A stretch of DNA of 64,000 nt from the NCBI GenBank assembly GCA_047495785.1, contig JBLDXI010000025.1, positions 1,984,001 through 2,048,000 of the forward strand, in the 5' to 3' direction. This DNA comes from Lepidodermella squamata (taxonomy: Eukaryota; Animalia; Gastrotricha). The notes beneath the pieces were generated by a model. The model worked only from the letters and a program-made list of their open reading frames with translations. It did not search any database and was not told where the DNA came from. Shown here in pieces: positions 1-11,019 of the stretch. Made by a program: the position numbers and the translations under genes. Numbering within the stretch: position 1 is the first letter of the stretch; each line of letters begins with the position of its first letter.

Positions 1-323
1 TAAAATTTGCAAATCGGTTCGCATTTCCTGAAAATATAACCGTGAGTGACCAATCATAAAACATTTCGAACTGAATGCATACCCCCGCAGCCTGAATAAA
101 CGAATTTTTCGCAAATGTCCCGATCTGCTAGGTAAAAATATCTATCCATGCCTCGGTTCGGCTCCAGGCAGTTGCCAAAGTCCATATCAAGACCGCAAAT
201 AGGATCCTTCAGGCCATTAGGCCCTTCTTCCGCTAGTAAAATTGGTGGCGCTATCAAGTTTGCATATGTTTTCGCCAAAAATTGATAAATTATGATGATA
301 CCAACGGAAAAATTCATTTTCAT
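1..323 (-). CDS. Secreted Kunitz/BPTI-domain protein (5' part; continues past the window start)
   Basis: Hydrophobic N-terminus MKMNFSVGIIII. Kunitz pattern CGLDMDFGNC...YFY...CEKFVYSGCG. A GT-AG intron at 82-28 restores GCGGNANRF. Confidence 0.85.
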
Positions 324-538
324 TTCAGGGCTGCGTGGTTTTACCTTGAAGTTGCACTAAAATGAGGTGTTAACATGAGTTCCTGGCCACCATGTTTACG
401 CAAGCCTGGACTAACTCAGTGGTGTCAACTCAAAGTCAACAAGGAGTAAAGTAGGTGCGAGCTGTTTTCTAATGCTCAGACCTTTATTTATTTTTCTCTC
501 AAAAGAAAAAAACACCGGGAATTCAGCGACTGTCTAAC

Positions 539-1894
539 TTATTTCTCGGATATAGGAATGTTGTCTGAATCGTCAGCAGGTTTGTTCGAATCGTCCGGTT
601 TCGGCGCATCAGGCTTAGCCGCATCATCGCCATCTGTATTATCTGGTGGTGTTTCGGTTGTAGGTTCGGCAGTAGTAGTAGTTTTGGTAGTTGCTGCTGC
701 CGTAATTTTGTCGGGAGTTGTCCTTGCAGCAGTGACAACGTTTGAAATCACGCTTACGCGTCCAATATTAATCGGAGCTATGGAAACAGTTAATTTGTAA
801 ATTTCCAAATATCTTATGTGTAATAATACAGATAGTATAGTAGTACTCACGCCTTGTAGTAGCAGTTGTCGCCGCCCTTGTAATCTCAGTTTCTTCGGCA
901 GAATCTACTGGCTCATCAGTAGGCTCGGTTACAACAGGCGATTTCGCGTTTTGCGTTGCTCGAATCGTGGTGGTAATAGTTGTGCCAGGACGAGTAGTTG
1001 CTTCAGCCCGATTGGTTTCTAAATAGAATGTTATATGAAGAACAGCATTACTAATCAAGTCTCACTCTGCGTTGCGGGTGCTGCAGTACTGGATGCCCTT
1101 ACCCCAGTTATGGCGCTTGAGATTGTAGCTTTCAACCACGCAGCTCCAGCACATGCCCTAGCTATAACTACAACTCCTGTAGCTGGGTTAACACTCGAAA
1201 CGATGCCAAGCAACTTTTGCTTTCCATCAATCTCACACATCACCGGGCCACTCGAGTTGCCTAGAACAGCCTTCTGCTTCTGATCAGCCACGGTAGCACA
1301 AGCTGAGGCTGATGTCTTGCCGCATTCGCTTCTCGCGATCACGTTTAGCTTGACTTTATTGAGCGTTGTCGCGCTTGACCATCCCAGCGCGGTAGCTTCG
1401 GCACAACTGTCAACTGAAGGATCGGCCTCATCAGGATCTTTGTCGCAATCAGTTTCCTCTATCAAACAAATAGGCGCGGCAGATGCTTGGTTGAATTCGA
1501 CCCTACGGTCTAGCCTTATCAAAGCCAGGTCGTACTCCTTATCGCCCTCTGTGAATTTGCGGTTAGGCTGGATTGTTGAGGCATTGACAGCTATTGTTCC
1601 GAAGTAGACAGTAATCCGCCGCACAGCATCGTTTGATGAGATGCAGTGAGCTGCTGTGATCAACCATGGCTGACCACTTGCAGTCGCTCCAACAATTGTA
1701 GCGGCACAGGATGCTGACCAATCTTTGTAACCTATTTCAACTCGAACAGCCCATGGATTCTCCCCCGGGTAGGAAACATCGGCAGAAACACCTCTGGATG
1801 GTTTTCTTGCCGTTGAGGTTCCGCATTGAATTGCTTGGGCTGAAATTTCAGCTATTAACAGACATCCAATCGCTGCAGCCAGAATTTGCATCAT
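539..1894 (-). CDS. Secreted trypsin-fold serine protease homolog with a Thr-rich and acidic C-terminal tail (3 exons)
   Basis: Signal peptide; motifs TAAHC, DLALI, APICL and GNSSGP (degenerate GDSGGP). Introns at about 1064-1019 and 850-778 join the Thr-rich exons. Stop at 539; AATAAA at about 484-489. Confidence 0.8.
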
Positions 1895-1951
1895 TTTAAG
1901 GACCTACAAATGTTCAAAAGAACATTCCATTCAAATGATTTTTGAGGTAGT

Positions 1952-3301
1952 TTACAACCAAATTCTGACCCAATTAGAAAACATGGGTACTTTTGGCCCT
2001 GTTTGAGAACATGAATCAAGTAATCTGCAGAGCTTCATATTAGCCTCATTAGGTAATGTTGGCCATAAAGTTGTAGGTTTCTGATTTCCATAGTGCTCTT
2101 TGCCATAGCTAAAAGCGAGGCACCTTGATCGTCGATTATCAGCTGACATTATCGAATCCTCACATTCGTCAGCACATTCTTCGATGGAATTGAATCGAAA
2201 TATACCAATCACTTTGCCTCGACAGCTTGCATTAGCCAATCGTTCGTATTGCAGCAAGGGGCTATCATTCGGGAATTCTTCGTAATCGAACTGATCAGGA
2301 TTTTCCGTTGTTACCTCTGGCGTAGTTGTCCAGTTTGACACTTATCTCACGGGAATAATTTATAGATGAGATTTTGAGACATATCTAGGCTTACAATCCA
2401 TGTTACGGAGAATTTCTCGAACCAAGTCCATGACATCTACGTTCATCGGAGCTCTTGTCGTAGTTCCTTTAGACCTCTCAATCTTTTCTAGGATGAAATA
2501 GTTTCTCTGTAAAATCTGTAAAATTGGGCAGAAATGTACCTTGAATAATCGAAACCATGGTGTTCAGGTCTGTGATATTGGTGTTAGCGATGAAGCACCC
2601 GACTTCACATGCAGCTTGGCTGTCAAATCGATTCGCATTTCCCCCGGACCCGCAATACTCCAGAGTTTTGCACGATTCCAATTTCGAAACGTAGTAGTAC
2701 TTTGTTTCTCTCTTACTTCCGCTATTACAATCTCCACTATGAGCCGGCAAGTTACAAACTTGTTGCGGGGTAAGCTCAGAAGTTGTTGGTGGCGTAGTGG
2801 TTGTGGTAGTGGTGGTGACGGCTCGGGTTGTAGTTGTGGGCATTGAAGGTCCTGTTCTTAAATACGGCTTCGCCCTCGTGCCACGACAAGACCTTTCACA
2901 TTCTAGCACATCCTGAAACCGGTTTTTATTGCCACCACATCCGGAATACGTCATCGGACGACATAATCCGTCATTTGATTCGTAATAGAATAATATGAAC
3001 CTTTCATTACAGTTTCCGGGTTCTGGAGGAAGGCCACAATCGACGTCTTTGTTGAAGTATGGAGATGTGGATGCCGCAGAGGTAGTGGTTGATGATATGG
3101 CGACCTTGGTCGTAGTTATATTACTCGACCAATCTAAGGTCGAATTACTTTGCGGCGAAACCTAAAACAAAATTATGGCCATTTAGCCATAGCCGAGCGG
3201 TTTAAAAAGCTCACTTCAAAGAAACAGGATGTTATTAAAATTGATGATAACAAAGAAAGGTTTAAAATCCACTGCTTCGTGACAACTGGGCGATAAAACA
3301 T
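1952..3301 (-). CDS. Secreted protein: Kunitz, Thr-rich linker, Kunitz, PAN/apple-like domain
   Basis: ATG at 3301 (MFYRPVVTKQWILNLSLLSSILIT). Kunitz 1: CGLPPEPGNC..YSGCGGNKNRF..C. Kunitz 2: CNLPAHSGDC..GGNANRF. C-terminal EECADEC..RCLAFSY..CRLL is PAN-like. Confidence 0.8.
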
Positions 3302-3487
3302 GTTCGCTGGCTTACATATATGAACAGATTTTAATGCAATATATCAAGAGAATTCGTGTTCAGCTCAGACCTCAACTCGTTACTAATAAGATGCCCTGGT
3401 AATAACGTGACTCAGTAATAACTTTTATTATCCCTTTGAGTGGATAGTAATACAATCGGCGTATACGAATTTATGAACGGATGCTTC

Positions 3488-4055
3488 TGTTGGGGCCGGA
3501 GCCCGATTTCGGTCCGCACGTATTCAGGCAGGCCCGTATATGCAGTCGGGTAACGGCGCTCTGCCACTCCGCCCTCAGACCGTTCTAAAAAAAGCCCGTA
3601 TGCGACATTTTCTGCAAATATTATGAATTTGGACGAATCTTCCTTCACTGCCCACGAGGTGTTAACCTAAGCACGGCAGAGAACAATGGGGATTAGTGCT
3701 ATTGTTGAGCGCTCGTGCGCGCCGCAATTAGGCCGCCGGGCATGGGCTGTCCTGGTTTGGACCTCGATAACCGCGTCTGTTATCATCGCTCGCCCAAGCA
3801 CCAAGCCCGGTGGTGGCAAGCGCGCACAACAACACACTGGCCTATTGTTCTCTGCACCGCTCTCGGTTTTACACCTGCGCTTGCCCGAGTCCGCTCATGC
3901 GGTATTTTTTGTTTGAATTCATTCGATTTATCATAAACATTGCGTACGGGCAGTATTTGAAGCGATCCGAGGGCGGACAGGCAAACCACTGCTTCTCGGT
4001 CAGGTTCGGGAATGACAGAGTACGAACGGACACATTTCGGTCTCCGGCCCCAACA
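3488..4055. mobile_element. 568-bp non-autonomous element with terminal inverted repeats, TGT...ACA ends and a 4-bp TSD (Ginger-like)
   Basis: Starts TGTTGGGGCCGGAG and ends CTCCGGCCCCAACA (14-bp perfect inverted repeat, imperfect for about 140 bp). Flanked on both sides by CTTC. GC-richer than its flanks; no transposase ORF. Confidence 0.85.
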
Positions 4056-6284
4056 CTTCCATTTTATTTTTCACCAAAGCTGTCAATATCGCAGTGGTTC
4101 ACGCAATCGATAAGAGTGCTCCAATTGTTTTCTGTAAAAACGGAAGTTGGAAATTAGAAATGAATTCAGCAAGGTTTAGGAACTCACTATTTCCTCCACA
4201 GCCTCTATACATGAATTGTTGGCATTTTGATGCCGTTGAGTTGAAGAAATATTTGACATAGAGATCCGTGAATTGGTCACCCTCGCAGAATTTCCCATGA
4301 TCCAATTTTTGAACGCACGGGTCAACGGTAGCTGTAGCCGTGGGAGCGATCAGAGTCGGAATTAAAAGGCCCTCATTTTTGTAATAGCATGGTTGAATAG
4401 GAGGGTCCCATTCGTTCCCAGCCTTACAGGTGCTTCGCTTTACAGGACTCTCACAACCTTCCTCGCAGTAGATGCTGACCTTAGCTCCTTCATAAACTTC
4501 ATCCTCAATGAAAAGATACTCGTTGTATTCATCGGCTATAAGGATGAATCCTCTCTCCAATTTCGGAACCGTACACCAGTCCGGCAGTCCGGGGGACAAA
4601 ACTGACTTCGAATCGCTGGAAGTCTCATTGAATCTTACAGTAATTTCAGAGGTCTTCAGGCAACGACCAGGCAGGGTCCATTGGCCATTGGGTAGGCAAG
4701 TAACAAAGCCTACTCCGCTTGTTAGAGTGTAATTCTCATTACAGCCTATCCACAATATCGTTCCAATCGCCATCTCTGTTTCTTTTTCGGTATTCTCGTA
4801 GAATCCATTATCGAGAGGCGGTAGATAGCCACATGCACTTGCAGCTGGCCCCGGTGATGGAGTAGTTACCGTCAGATTTTCGATAAGTTGAGTAGTTTGA
4901 ATCTCAACCTCGTCAATTATTTTCAGACATTTTCCTAAGCTGGGGAACCAGCCTCCTCTTCCGGTACAAACGCTTTCGAGCAGGTGAGACTCAGATGTGT
5001 AGAAATAACCGACATTGCAGTTTACAGAGACAATGGCTCCGGGTGATAGCAGTTTTGAGCTTGTGTGTTGATTTTTGTCGTACTTCACGAATATATCTCC
5101 ATAATCGATATCTGGCAGGATGCATCGAATTGGGGTACCCTCGAATGGCCCGGCCATTTTTAGGTTGACAGTACTTTTGGTTGATGCCATGGTATTAGTT
5201 TCTTTAACCGCTGTCGTGGGTTTAGAAGTGGTCGTCGTCGTCGTTGTAGTTGAAGTGGAGGTAGTTGGAGGGAGAATTCCAGCAACTTGTTGAATCCAGG
5301 GCAAAACATGGCAGACTTTGCTGTAGATCGACGGCAAATCTCCACGGCAGTCAGCGATCCCTTGGGACGTAACTCCAATCAAGTGGAACCTATCGTGCTT
5401 CTTACACATCAAAGGACCGCCTGAATCACCGAGGCAAGTGTCGCCATTCTGCTGAGCTTGCGCGCATAGCTGATCCTCACCAATAGTTTTGTTGTTTGTT
5501 AGGATAGAATTGCATAGGCTATTTGGTTTGACGGTCACTGAGATTTTTTTGAGCACTTCAGATTTCATCTCTGGTAATAGAAGGAAGATGGAAATTTCAG
5601 GGAAGAAATAAATTTGAATCACATACCAGCGCCAGTTACTCCCCACCCTGAAGCTCCGGAATAATCGCAGTCTTCTTGAGCAGCCGGGTCGTCATCTTCG
5701 TAAACGCATGATTCATCGGGTAGGCAAATCGGAATGACAAAGTTATTGATTATCACAGGACGCAAGAGTTTGAGCAGAGCGAAATCATAGGTGTAGTCAG
5801 ATCCTTGTAGCGAAAATTTCGGATGCACAAAGACTTCCACTCGTCGAACTTGCTCACTCGCCTCACTTGCTAAACTGATATTATGCTTGCCCAGGTGAGC
5901 ATTAATTCTGTAAAACCACAAGAATTGATAAAGAAATCATCTGAAGGTAAAGCTTACAATAAGGCATCATTTCCTTGCATCCTAGCGCAATGAGCAGCTG
6001 TGAGAAGCCATCTATCAGACAACAAAGCCGCTCCACAGTGTCGAGTCATGGTTTCGTTCGGAAATTCTATGTCAAGATAAGCCTTTTGAGTAGCAAAATT
6101 GTATTTACAGCATTTGAATGGCAGTTCTTATAGTTACCATCCAAGGAAATTCGTGCTGATTAGCTGGGCCTCCTCCAGTTATTCTGGGCATTATTGAAGG
6201 TCTCGGTTTCACAACGCCACATGTTAGCGCATGACTTGATCCTATTGCCCAAGAAATAGGAAAGAAAAAGAACCAAAAATCCAT
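4000..6284 (-). CDS. Secreted modular trypsin-like protease: protease domain, Thr-rich linker, 3 Sushi/CCP, Kunitz
   Basis: Signal peptide MDFWFFFFPISWAIG; activation site R|ITGG; LTAAHC, DFALL and DTCLGDSGGP (intact triad, Asp in the S1 pocket). Three C..C..C..W..C Sushi repeats. Kunitz YFFN..CQQFMYRGCGGN|KNNW..C. The current stop (4000-4002) lies inside the inserted element. Confidence 0.88.
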
Positions 6285-6468
6285 CTTCCGATCTGAAGGC
6301 GAAAACGAGGAATGACGGGTTATACCTTCACGTTGCACGAAGTCATATTTTATTTACATGCTCACTGGGACAATAAACAGGGTCACGGGGTATGCATTTT
6401 TCACTAGTTGAAATTTCATTACACAAAAAACAGCTATGTTTTCTAGGCTGCACAAATTCGGTGTTTTT

Positions 6469-7801
6469 TCACCCGAAAAACGTGGTTGAATCCCACCGCT
6501 GCCAGTACTGCGTAAACATCGAAAAGTCAGGTTCCGCAGTAACCGTTGTTGTTGCCGTCGTGGTACTGGTCGTACTCGATGTTTCGGTATAACTATAAGA
6601 GCCATCAGTTACCACGTCTCCGTCTACCACAGGTATAGGCTCTGGTGTAGTAGTGGTCGTAGTAGTAGTCGTTGTTGTTTTAGTGGTAGATGTAGTAGTC
6701 CTATTTACTCCGGGTCTAACATCGCAGTTGGTTAGGAGTTGACACTTGAGGGTAACATTGTTGTACGCGATGGCATTGCACTGTGGCCTGAAACGATCAC
6801 AAGTCACCGCGCACTCGCCAACCCAGGTGAAGATGTAGGTCTTGATTGTGGTCGCATCTCTGCAGTCAGTTTCGTTAATTTGACGGTAAATGTTCAAAGG
6901 AAACGGTGTAGTAGATAAAGTTGTTTCGAACGGCTTCTTTGTCTCTGCAACTCAGAATCAAGCTAAATTAACTGTAACTGATTAAAAACTCACTCGGCGA
7001 TTGAGTAATGTAAGCTTCAGTTGTAGTCGTTGTTGAAGCCAGCTGAAATTTAGGAAGCATGATTTCGACAATACAAAATCAAAATCAGCAGTTACCGTTG
7101 TGCCCCCAGTTATACAGATCCTAATACACTCGGATTCACTAATAAATTTATTTTCGTTCCCACCAGCTGGGCAGAATACGAAACCTCTACACTTCCCTGT
7201 ATACTTGCTGTAGTAAAATTGAATCGATGCGTTGTTAGTTGTAAGACAATCTCCTCTGTCAAGCGGAATATTGCATCGAGGGTCTAAGCCTGGATAAATG
7301 ACAGTTGTCGTCGGAGTTGTGCGAACTGTGGTTGTAGACATAGGAGACGTAGACGAGGCGGGCGAGGTCGTACTCGTCCGGGTAGTAGTAGATGCTCGTG
7401 TTGTGGAAGCTGTGGAAAACATCGTAGAATCCGGCGTCATCGATGTCGTAGTAGTTGTAGTTCTCGGAGTTGTTTCATACGGGGTCGCCAGACTTCCGTT
7501 ACAAGCCTTCTGGCATTCGTCCATATTCAAGAAAAAGTTAGTGTTCCCACCACATCCTCCGAATCTAATTAATAAATTTATGCGGCTTAAAAGCTGAGAT
7601 TTTACGTTCTTACTGAAAGTATTTGCATCTAGCCTCGTGCGATTCGTAGTAGACCATTTGAACAAATGTTTTACACGGGCCCGGTACTGGCGGGTACCCG
7701 CAGTCAATATCCCTATTAAAGGGGCGACGGGTCGCGACACCATTAGCAGTTTGAGTGAGTGCAGAAATTAAGAAAATGAGCCTTAAGTACATGATTGCCA
7801 T
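6469..7801 (-). CDS. Secreted mucin-like protein: Kunitz, Thr-rich, Kunitz, PAN/apple-like, Thr-rich
   Basis: Signal peptide MAIMYLRLIFLISAL. Kunitz 1: CGYPPVPGPCKTF..|FGGCGGNTNFF. Kunitz 2: CNIPLDRGDC..GGNENKF. PAN-like ECAVTC..CNAIAY..CQLL. The 3' end is uncertain. Confidence 0.8.
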
Positions 7802-8020
7802 GATTACAAACGTGGGTGCACCGAAACGCTCTTGTACGTAACACTCAGTGCACTAAATTTTTAGCTTTGCAGGGGCAAAAACAACAGCAAGTCGTCTCGG
7901 CTAAACAATGAGTTCCAATTGGGCGTGGGAGTTTTAAAAATAATTCAAAATATATTCTCATCCATTTTTTTATTTATGAAAAAATCGAAAATTACATGAA
8001 CAGTTAATTAGGCAAAACAG

Positions 8021-8852
8021 TTATTTATTTGGGACGAATCCGCCGGACAAATAAGTTTCCCATCCATCAAGGTTAGCAGTTTTCGTGCACGACTGAAGAA
8101 GTTCACAGATGTTGTAAGCCGATGGATCGGTTAGTGACAGGTAAATGCTTCGGAAACGGAATGCAGCGCACTTCCCGCTCTGGGCCGCACAAACTTGTGC
8201 GCAAGCATTTCGCGTCAACTGAGATCCAGCACTCTGCAAAAGCGAGTCACCACTGCAAGCTCCATCATCCAAACGAACGAAAAGTGCCAGGGAATTCTGC
8301 TTTCTAGGCTGCAGAGAGAACTGAGGGAGAGGCGCGGCTGGAGTTACTCTGGAATTGAAACCATCATCTATAGTCACAACTCCATAATTCATGCTATCAG
8401 GCTGTCCTCCGACCAAGCCTTGAATCACTCGAGCACCAGGGGTGACTCTGGAAAGAGGCGTCACTGTTCTGGTCGCTGGAGTGCTCTTCTGAGTTACTCC
8501 AAGTAAACGAGATGCTAATGTAACTCTTTTCGTTGTTGTGGCAGGTTTTTTCGTTGTTCCAGCCGATCTTCCAACGATAGGCGTTCGTGTAACACCAGCC
8601 TTCGTTGTCGTTGACCCGGCTAATGCGTCCAAAACTCGCACAATCGGTCGAGGAGTTTGCGTTTGAGTCACTGGTTGTTGGCTCTTCTGCATCAGATTCT
8701 GAAGAGTGTACATCTTTGGTGTTGTTCTTGGCTGAAAGATGAAAGATTATTACAATTCATAAAATCGACCCTACAAATACCGTTTCCTGCCCTTTCACAT
8801 CCTGTATTGCCAAAACGACTGATAAAATCGCTAAAACAACGTAGCTATTCAT
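8021..8852 (-). CDS. Secreted protein with a Thr/Arg-rich region and a C-terminal PAN/apple-like domain
   Basis: First exon MNSYVVLAILSVVLAIQDVKG (ATG 8852) splices to ORF 8021-8713. ACAQVC..CAAFRF..CELLQSC. Confidence 0.72.
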
Positions 8853-9066
8853 TTTATAGCTTCGAACTTTTATTTTAATGATTTTTGTTAAGCGCCACTA
8901 TTTAGCGGGTCCCTAGAGTTTTTTAAGGGTCTATTATCCTGGAAACAATAGGGATTTACAGGTGCAAGGATTTGTTTCCCAGCCAAACAACTCGAACAGA
9001 ATAGAATGGTTATTATAGAATTAGTCAAATTTGGCATACAATAGCAGTCAATTGAATAATGTTTTT

Positions 9067-9795
9067 TCACAGTCTGCGCCATGTTTCAGCAACCTGGTCA
9101 GCCTCGGGCGCTATTGTATTGCAGCTGTCCAAGAGCTCGCAAAAAGTGTTGTTGCGGCCAAGGCTTGGCACGAAGAGGGAATAAAGACGAAATGCTAGGC
9201 AAGGTTTCGATCGGATCCCGGTGCAAACTTCAGCACAGTCTGCAGCTTTCATCGTTCGAGCAGAGTAGCGATAGACTATTTGACCGTCGCCGCAGGTCCC
9301 GAGTACTTTCAGGAACGTTCCTGTGATATTCTGAGTAACGCAACGTTTCTTGCATGCCTCCAGTGTCGTAAAGTAGTTCTTAGCTCCGTTGCTATCTCCG
9401 GAGCATGGCCAGTATTTCTGGCACTGATAGGTTTTAGCATCGTAATAGTACGCAGAAACGCCTTTTTCGAATAGACATATGTTGTCAAACTGAACTCGCT
9501 CGTTGCAGACCTCGGCTGATGGGGTAGTAGAACGAGCAGAAATTAAACCTGAAAAATTCGTTGATGCAAAACAACATCATTTTCTAAAACGGGATCAATA
9601 CGTCGATTTGACGGCGTTGAAGCCCTTGTGGACAGATTCGTTGTTGTCCGCAACAACCTTGTTATTCTTGTAGTAGTCCGCTACATAAATTATTCTTAGA
9701 TTCAAGAACACGATGATGATAAATATTACAATTTGAGTGACGGCCAAGTTGAAAACCGCAACAAGGCAAATTACCATTAGAGTATGCCGCAGCAT
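9067..9795 (-). CDS. Secreted protein with a divergent Kunitz-like domain and a PAN/apple-like domain
   Basis: Signal peptide MLRHTLMVICLVAVF. The exon 9548-9067 reads CNERVQFDNIC..YYYDAKTYQC..NYFTTLEACKKRC then DCAEVC..CLAFR..CELLDSC. The phase of the second intron was not fully resolved. Confidence 0.72.
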
Positions 9796-9918
9796 TCCTG
9801 TTTAACCTTTAAAGCTTTTCAAAGCGAAAGTTTCACAAAAGGCGATTTACTTTCAGTTTCCTAGTCTTCTTGTATAACAATGGCGCCAGGAAAAAAATTG
9901 AAAGAAAACAGTTAGCTC

Positions 9919-10813
9919 CTACGGCAAACGCCTGTATGTTTCTACGGAAGCATCGGGCTCAGGGCCGATAGAGTTGCACCTGTCCAAGAGTTCGCAGAAT
10001 GACAACTTTTTGCCCAAACTGGGATTCAGAGCTGAAAAGTATCGGAACGCGACACATGTTGCTTTTTTGGATCCTGTGCACATTGAAGCACAATCGGCTG
10101 ATTTTACGCCTGTTGATGCATGGCGATTTATCACTGTAGCATCCATACACTTCCCAACTACTTTGACGAAGGTCCCCGTGACGTTCATAGTCGGACAGCG
10201 GAGTCTGCACTCGGTAAGAGTCGGAAAATAGTTCAGCGAGCCATTGCTGTTTCCAGTGCAAGGTGTGAATGACTGGCAATTTGCAGTGTTAGCATCGTAG
10301 AAGTAACCCCTGACGCTGTTCTCCAGCATGCAGATGTTCGTGTACTGAACCTTTTCTGTGCATGGATTTCCGAGGATTCTGGCGGCTAAGATCGTTCAAA
10401 AATTATCTAGCGGTCCGAGAATAAAACGAGAATGACTTACCTATGCCAGGATTGGTCAATCCTCGTTGTTGCGCGGTATTATTTGCAACTTGAAGAATTC
10501 TTCTACCAGCAGGAAGAGCAGTCGTTAGCGAATTACGTTTTTTTGTTATTCCTGCCATTCTTCTCAGAGCCGTTGTTGGCCTGCGGGCAGTTGTTCTAAG
10601 AACAGGTCGGGTGGTGATTCCCCCTAATTTTCGTTCAGCCGTCGTTTGCCTCTGGGGAGACAGCCTGACCAATGGCCTTGCAATAGGGCGACTTTGGCAT
10701 TGCGAAAGCTATCAAGTGAATTAAATGCAATCACCTAAATTTTTTAACAAAATGTTTACCTGCAAGTTCACCAGCGCCAATATAAAGATGAGTAAAATCT
10801 GTTCAAGTTTCAT
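9919..10813 (-). CDS. Secreted divergent Kunitz-like plus PAN/apple-like protein with a basic Arg/Thr-rich N-region; paralog of 9067-9795
   Basis: Signal peptide MKLEQILLIFILALV. YFYDANTANC..NYFPTLTECRLRC, then DCASMC..CVAFR..CELLDRC. C-terminus ETYRRL matches ETWRRL of the neighbouring gene. Confidence 0.75.
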
Positions 10814-11019
10814 CCTTTGAGAAATGGTTGGCTTCTTTTAGTGGTCATCAGTGATATGCTAATCCTCATCAGTTCATCAGATAATTAGTGCTTTCCTCGC
10901 TGTAAACAAGCGTCAATTTCAACGTGCAAACACATTAGAAGAATTAAATTAAAAACGATGATCTCAGATTTTATTTAAGCAAAAATTGGCATTCACCGGG
11001 TAATTGTATGGAATATTGT

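Noticed and set aside
3488-4055. The element as a precisely spliced introner (GT and AG are formed at its minus-strand junctions with the TSD)
   Set aside because: Using those sites shifts the frame by +2 or -1 relative to the reconstructed pre-insertion exon, so splicing would not restore the original protein.
3488-4055. Solo LTR interpretation (TG..CA ends, 4-bp TSD)
   Set aside because: Disfavoured but not excluded. The inverted similarity extends about 140 bp, far longer than typical LTR terminal repeats.
6640-7460. GTA/GTC/GTT triplet runs as a repeat array or CRISPR-like structure
   Set aside because: They are Thr codons of mucin-like linkers on the minus strand, with no repeat-spacer organisation.
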